A stretch of 64,000 nucleotides of DNA from Fibrobacteria bacterium (GTDB lineage Bacteria; Fibrobacterota; Fibrobacteria; UBA11236), in the NCBI GenBank assembly GCA_043745805.1, contig JAYTSD010000045.1:1-64000 (forward strand), given 5' to 3'. This document shows positions 59,127 to 64,000 of the stretch, in pieces. Every line of letters starts with the position of its first letter. Within the stretch, counting starts at the first letter, position 1. Position numbers and translations under genes: made by a program. The notes under the pieces were generated by a model. That model made no database searches and was not told the DNA's origin. It saw nothing but the letters and a program-made list of their open reading frames with translations.

Positions 59127-60374
59127 ATGTCTTGTTCGACTTGGCTAAAAATAAGTTTGTGCGGGATATTATTTTTTGCAAATGCCCAAGCGGAACAACA
59201 TCGCATTTGGCTCGATCCTAATTTATCCATGTATGTGGGCGCTGAGGATTTGCTCACCATGCATTGGGCGGTGATGACCAGTGAAGATTATTTTGCTCCC
59301 GCAAAACTTTGGTCAGAAAATCAGTTCTTAGGAAAAGCCGGAGGAATCGCTTATCGGTTGGCTAAGCTTTCTCTGCTTGATTTTACCATCGATTATTTTC
59401 CCACTCTGATTCAGCATGAATATTTTGGCCATGGCTATCGCTTTCGGGAATATGGGGTAACCGATATGAATTTTTTGTTGCGCTTACCTCCGCCTTATGA
59501 TAATGGAGGAGGCTCTACTCAGCCTAAGCGAGGTATTGATAGACAATGGTCAAGGGATGAATGGTCGGCAATAGCAACTGCCGGTGTGGAAGCGGATGCC
59601 ATTTTAGCGAATCATGTTAAAAGGCATTGGATGGCGCAAGGTAAAATCGATTATCATGAAGTGCTGTTGTATTATTTTAGTGAATTTGATTTGCATAATT
59701 ATATTGAGGCCGATACGGCCTTTGGGCGTGATCAAGGTAATGATATGCTGCATTATTTGGACACTTTAAATGTGAAAGCGGGTTACTCTGCTGAAAATCC
59801 TAAGCTAAGTTTGCAACGTTTACGCAATCGTGATTTTGTGAATTATGTTAATCCCTTTTTCTTTTTTAGTCTCTACAGCTTAATCCACCAATATTTATGG
59901 TATGGTGAAAAGAGTACTACATTACCCACTATTCCCTTAGGTCCAGTAAATTATTTACCCATGTTACGTTTAGGCTTAAGCCCTTATGGTAGCGAGGTGT
60001 ATGTGGAAAATTGGTTGCAATATCACGATAAAACCATAAATGCTTATTGGCGCCAAGGCGATGGTATTCTTTATGATTCCTGGGGATTTGGGTTACAAAG
60101 TCAACAACTCTTGAATTATGGGAACATGACCTTTGATTTTGATTATCATTTTTGGCAACAACCTAATTTAATTTTAGGTGGAGATGTCTTAAAAGAAAGA
60201 GGAACCTCACCCGGCCAAGCTTTTATTTTGGGTGGATTCATACCCGTAACGCGCGATATACCCTTTCTTAATTTTTCTTTTGCTTGGGGTTATAAAACGG
60301 CGGGATTTTTAGCAGGAGAAAGTTTAGATGACGGCGCTTTTATTCGGGCGGGTATAGCTTGGAATAATTTTTAA
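59127..60374 (+). CDS. Secreted/outer-membrane hypothetical protein with HExxxH motif
   Basis: Signal peptide ending AQA; HEYFGHG; beta-strand C-terminus ending in Phe. Confidence 0.6.
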   Translation: MSCSTWLKISLCGILFFANAQAEQHRIWLDPNLSMYVGAEDLLTMHWAVMTSEDYFAPAKLWSENQFLGKAGGIAYRLAKLSLLDFTIDYFPTLIQHEYFGHGYRFREYGVTDMNFLLRLPPPYDNGGGSTQPKRGIDRQWSRDEWSAIATAGVEADAILANHVKRHWMAQGKIDYHEVLLYYFSEFDLHNYIEADTAFGRDQGNDMLHYLDTLNVKAGYSAENPKLSLQRLRNRDFVNYVNPFFFFSLYSLIHQYLWYGEKSTTLPTIPLGPVNYLPMLRLGLSPYGSEVYVENWLQYHDKTINAYWRQGDGILYDSWGFGLQSQQLLNYGNMTFDFDYHFWQQPNLILGGDVLKERGTSPGQAFILGGFIPVTRDIPFLNFSFAWGYKTAGFLAGESLDDGAFIRAGIAWNNF

Positions 60375-60417
60375 TCGGTGCATAGATTTTAAGCTTGAGA
60401 ATCAATTTATTTCGATT

Positions 60418-60450
60418 AAAAAAAGGCAACCTAAATAGGCTGCCTTTTTT
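60418..60450. terminator. Bidirectional terminator
   Basis: AAAAAAGGCAACCTA-aa-TAGGCTGCCTTTTTT between convergent genes. Confidence 0.85.
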
Positions 60451-60478
60451 CATTTTTGTAATATGGAAAGCTTAGAGT

Positions 60479-62089
60479 TTAAAACTCCGCGCGTTTCACA
60501 GTTATTTTTACACCCTTGATGCGTACATTACGCATTTTCTCAAGAATCATATCCATCAAATCGGCTGGAACTTCTGCAATGGTATGCGTTCCTGAAACTA
60601 GGATATTTCCAATTTGCGAACCTTTGATTCCGGTTTCACCTGCAATAGCGCCGACAATATCTTTGGGACGCACATTTTGCATTTTACCGACATTCAAAAA
60701 TAATTTTGCCGGAACATCGCCACCAATAGAATGATCGCCTTTACCATCCATCATACCAAAATCCATACGTCCATCGGATGTTTTACCGGATGGGGCAATG
60801 GTTTCGGGTAATGTCATTTTAAGCAAGGCTGCGGCTACTTCTGCGGCCGTGGCATCATCTTCCGTAAGTTTCTCTACATACTTCAAATATTTTCCTAGGC
60901 TGCCAGCAGCAATCACACCTTTAATTTTCGTAAGCATGGCTTCGTATTTTACTTCTTCTACATCATCGAGGGTAGGAACGGAAATACGTTTGATTTTCAC
61001 TTTCGCATATTTTTGAATTTGACGGAGCTTATTCGCTTCTTTAACCGTCGCAAAACTGATGGCGCGGCCTTCGCGTCCTGCGCGGCCGGTGCGTCCAATG
61101 CGATGCACATAATCTTCTTCATCTTTAGGTAAATCAAAATTGAATACCATTTCAATATTGTTTACATCAATACCGCGGGCAGCTACATCGGTGGCGACTA
61201 AAATTTCCGTTTTACCGGTGCGGAATTTGGTCATGACGCGATCGCGCATCATTTGCTTCATATCGCCATGCAAGCCATCGGCGAAATAACCACGGGATTG
61301 CAGGCTACTCACTAATTCGTCCACGCCAATTTTGGTATTGCAAAATACAATGCCGAGCTTCACATGATACATGTCGATAAAGCGACAAAGGGCTTCCGAC
61401 TTCATATTATTTTTGAGTTCCACATAAAGTTGTTCGGTATTCGGAACGGTTAATTCTTCATGAGTAACTTGTATGGTTTGCGGGTCGGTTAAATATTTAC
61501 GAATAATATTTTTGAGTCCACTCGGCATGGTGGCAGAGAACAAAACCGATTGACGATTTTTAGGTGTTCCGGCTAAAATAAATTCAATATCTTCTTGAAA
61601 GCCCATATCGAGCATTTCATCGGCTTCATCAAGCACTACCATTTGTAAAGCATCTAATTTGAGATAACCCTTTTTCATATGATCAATCATACGACCAGGT
61701 GTTCCAATTACAATTTGTACGCCTTTACGCAACCCATGTAATTGATGTTCATAGGATTGGCCACCAAAAATAGGTAACACGAAAATCCCTTTTTTATGTT
61801 TACTTAATTTGGTGACTTGTTCGGCCACCTGCATACATAATTCGCGAGTAGGGCAAAGTACCAAGGCCTGAATTTTATGGCTTTGGGCATTTACTTTTTC
61901 AACTATAGGTACTGAAAAGGCTACTGTTTTTCCTGTACCGGTTTGGCTTTGTCCGATTAAATCACCGCCAGCGATGATTTGTGGAATAGCTTGACTTTGA
62001 ATGGGAGTGGCTTCTTCGAAGCCCATATCTACGATGGCTTTCTGCACTTCGGCAGACAAGTCCATTTCACTGAACAGTGTTTTTTGCAT
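60479..62089 (-). CDS. deaD: DEAD-box RNA helicase (DeaD/CsdA-like) with DbpA-type C-terminal RNA-binding domain
   Basis: Q motif, QTGTGKT, PTREL, DEAD, SAT, ARGID, HRIGRTGRAG; RPKDIVGAI; start at ATG 62089. Confidence 0.93.
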   Translation of the reverse strand: MQKTLFSEMDLSAEVQKAIVDMGFEEATPIQSQAIPQIIAGGDLIGQSQTGTGKTVAFSVPIVEKVNAQSHKIQALVLCPTRELCMQVAEQVTKLSKHKKGIFVLPIFGGQSYEHQLHGLRKGVQIVIGTPGRMIDHMKKGYLKLDALQMVVLDEADEMLDMGFQEDIEFILAGTPKNRQSVLFSATMPSGLKNIIRKYLTDPQTIQVTHEELTVPNTEQLYVELKNNMKSEALCRFIDMYHVKLGIVFCNTKIGVDELVSSLQSRGYFADGLHGDMKQMMRDRVMTKFRTGKTEILVATDVAARGIDVNNIEMVFNFDLPKDEEDYVHRIGRTGRAGREGRAISFATVKEANKLRQIQKYAKVKIKRISVPTLDDVEEVKYEAMLTKIKGVIAAGSLGKYLKYVEKLTEDDATAAEVAAALLKMTLPETIAPSGKTSDGRMDFGMMDGKGDHSIGGDVPAKLFLNVGKMQNVRPKDIVGAIAGETGIKGSQIGNILVSGTHTIAEVPADLMDMILEKMRNVRIKGVKITVKRAEF

Positions 62090-62318
62090 GAAATTTCTTT
62101 CTAGGAAATTAGGGCTTGAACTTCGCACCACAGCCCCGGAATAAAGGTCGGCGGCCTCTGATCCTTCATGGAAACAACATTGACGCTAGACCTTAGATGC
62201 TTTTGCATCGGCGAAGAGGCAACAATATGCACTAAAATTAGGCTTTAGTAAATGGTGCGGTCGCAATTAGTTTAGGACTAATAGCTCCAAAAGCTATTAA
62301 AATGGGGGTGAAATAACT

Positions 62319-62852
62319 TTAATACACTGCTTGGTATTGGGGATTTAGATAATTCCACTCTTTGGCATAGACATGTACCCGTTTAGTGGGAATCCATTTT
62401 CCGGTGGTATCGTGGGTAACAAATAGGCCACCCGTATTCGCTAAAAAACTCCAAGCTAAAACACCGCCTTCTAAATTGTAGGCTATGATTTGTTGTTTTC
62501 TGAGTTCTTCCGCATATTTTCCAGACCTATAACCAATAGTACAATAGGTAACAATTTTAGATCCGGCCGGAATTCCATGTTTAAATTTTTGCGCGAACTC
62601 TAATGTACTTAAGGCATGGGGTAACATAGACACCTGTTGCTCTTTATTTTCGCGAACATCGATTAGAATTAAATTTGTGTCGTTAATAATTTTTTGTAAT
62701 TCAAAGGCTTTAATCAGCGGTGCGGTTTGTTTGCGAGTAAGCGATTCAAATTCACTGCGGATTTTCGCTTCGAGTTTTTCGGATCGGCTTTGTGAAAATG
62801 AATTTGTGGTTATTAATAGTGCAGACAAGCAAAAAAGAGATAAATATTTCAT
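62319..62852 (-). CDS. Secreted rhodanese-like protein
   Basis: IDVRE, YCTIGYRS, NLEGGVLAW; signal peptide. Confidence 0.9.
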   Translation of the reverse strand: MKYLSLFCLSALLITTNSFSQSRSEKLEAKIRSEFESLTRKQTAPLIKAFELQKIINDTNLILIDVRENKEQQVSMLPHALSTLEFAQKFKHGIPAGSKIVTYCTIGYRSGKYAEELRKQQIIAYNLEGGVLAWSFLANTGGLFVTHDTTGKWIPTKRVHVYAKEWNYLNPQYQAVY

Positions 62853-62907
62853 GCTTTAAAAATACAAAGTGCTTTCCCCTAAGTTGCCCATTAGTTAACT
62901 TTAGGCT

Positions 62908-64000
62908 ATGAAAATGAACCGAGTGGCCGCAAAAACTTCGATTTCCCAAATCAATGCCTTAAACCATACCGAGGTTCATCCGCAAAATATTCCTTTGGCG
63001 GCGCGCATGCGTCCAAGAACCTTGGATGAATTTATAGGACAAAGCCATATTGTTGGCCCCGGACGGCTATTGCGTCGCGCCATTCAAGCGGATCAACTTT
63101 CTTCCGTGATTTTTTCGGGTCCACCGGGAACGGGTAAAACCACTTTAGCACAAATTATTGCCAATACTACCAAAAGTAAATTTATTGCCATCAATGCGGT
63201 GTTAGCGGGGATTGCGGATATACGTCTTGCCATTACCGAGGCGAAACGTGTTCGAGAAGAAGAAGGCTTAAGCACGATTCTTTTTATCGACGAAGTGCAT
63301 CGTTTTAATAAAGCCCAACAGGATGCTCTATTGCCGCATGTGGAAAGCGGTGCTTTGCTGCTGATTGGGGCTACGACGGAAAACCCATATTTCGAAGTGA
63401 ATAAAGCCTTGGTCTCGCGCTCTCGTATTTTTCAGTTACGTCCCTTGGAAGTTACGGATATTTTGCAAGCTTTAACTGCGGCATTACAGGACAAAGAGCG
63501 CGGCTATGGGAATTTGCAAGTTGAGGCTGATGCCGAGGCTTTAGCGCATATTGTGGCGGTTGCGGGTGGTGATGCACGGAGCGCCTTAAATGCTTTGCAA
63601 TTAGCGGTGGAAACTACCGCACCCAATGTTCAAGGGATAATTCACTTAAATTTGTCAGTAGCCGAAGAAAGCATTCAAAAGCGTGCAGTGCTTTATGACA
63701 AAGATGGTGATGCCCATTATGATACCATCAGTGCTTTCATCAAAGCCGTGCGTGGATCGGATCCCGATGCGGCTTTATATTGGATGGCAAAAATGCTTTA
63801 TGCAGGGGAAGAGCCACGCTATATTTTTCGGCGCATGTTAATATTGGCTAGTGAAGATGTGGGTTTAGCGGATCCCCAGGCTTTAAGTGTTGTACATAGT
63901 GCGGCGCAAGCTTTTGAATATGTAGGTTTGCCGGAAGGGCAATATCATTTATCGCAAGCTTGTTTATATTTATCAACCGCTCCCAAGAGTAATTCCACCA
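62908..64000 (+). CDS. rarA: Replication-associated recombination protein A (AAA+), truncated by window end
   Basis: Absent from the ORF track; my translation gives PLAARMRPRTLDEFIGQ, GPPGTGKTT, FIDEVHRFNKAQQD, GATTENP, YDKDGDAHYD. Confidence 0.95.
   Translation, partial: MKMNRVAAKTSISQINALNHTEVHPQNIPLAARMRPRTLDEFIGQSHIVGPGRLLRRAIQADQLSSVIFSGPPGTGKTTLAQIIANTTKSKFIAINAVLAGIADIRLAITEAKRVREEEGLSTILFIDEVHRFNKAQQDALLPHVESGALLLIGATTENPYFEVNKALVSRSRIFQLRPLEVTDILQALTAALQDKERGYGNLQVEADAEALAHIVAVAGGDARSALNALQLAVETTAPNVQGIIHLNLSVAEESIQKRAVLYDKDGDAHYDTISAFIKAVRGSDPDAALYWMAKMLYAGEEPRYIFRRMLILASEDVGLADPQALSVVHSAAQAFEYVGLPEGQYHLSQACLYLSTAPKSNST

Noticed and set aside
848..63275. Many short ORFs in the track that overlap long genes
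   Set aside because: Antisense or frame-shifted shadows of well-supported CDSs with no motifs
1..64000. CRISPR array, rRNA or tRNA genes
   Set aside because: No regularly spaced direct repeats or recognisable RNA gene signatures found by eye

Overview
64 kb of AT-rich bacterial chromosome, most likely Fibrobacterota (inferred from a TIGR02147-family gene and T9SS-like C-terminal tails; not verified by search). (i) 148-4554: dlt/alg-like envelope aminoacylation operon (carrier protein, MBOAT ending in an FIYFQF acyl-shuttle motif, SGNH-like protein, stand-alone adenylation enzyme). (ii) ~8.6-26 kb: divergently transcribed cluster of secreted proteins, namely six paralogous Asp-box beta-propeller proteins, two SGNH esterases, a clan GH-A glycoside hydrolase and two uncharacterised secreted proteins. 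It also holds a TIGR02147 gene coupled to a lipoprotein carrying a homologue of the neighbouring hydrolase's CBM-like domain. No SusC/SusD pair is present. This is the best candidate for an undescribed glycan sensing/degradation system. (iii) 28-64 kb: mostly housekeeping and signalling genes (fluC, yihY, TSUP, diguanylate cyclase, M23 peptidase, PKD-ThuA lipoprotein, bcp, NDH-2, YyaL-like, two HU, mqnA, a pseudokinase, Rieske protein, ECF sigma/anti-sigma, comEC, ruvX, DsbA-like, DEAD-box helicase, partial rarA), nested IS remnants near 57.1 kb and several candidate structured RNAs. No rRNA, tRNA or CRISPR array was seen. All calls are from motif recognition by eye.
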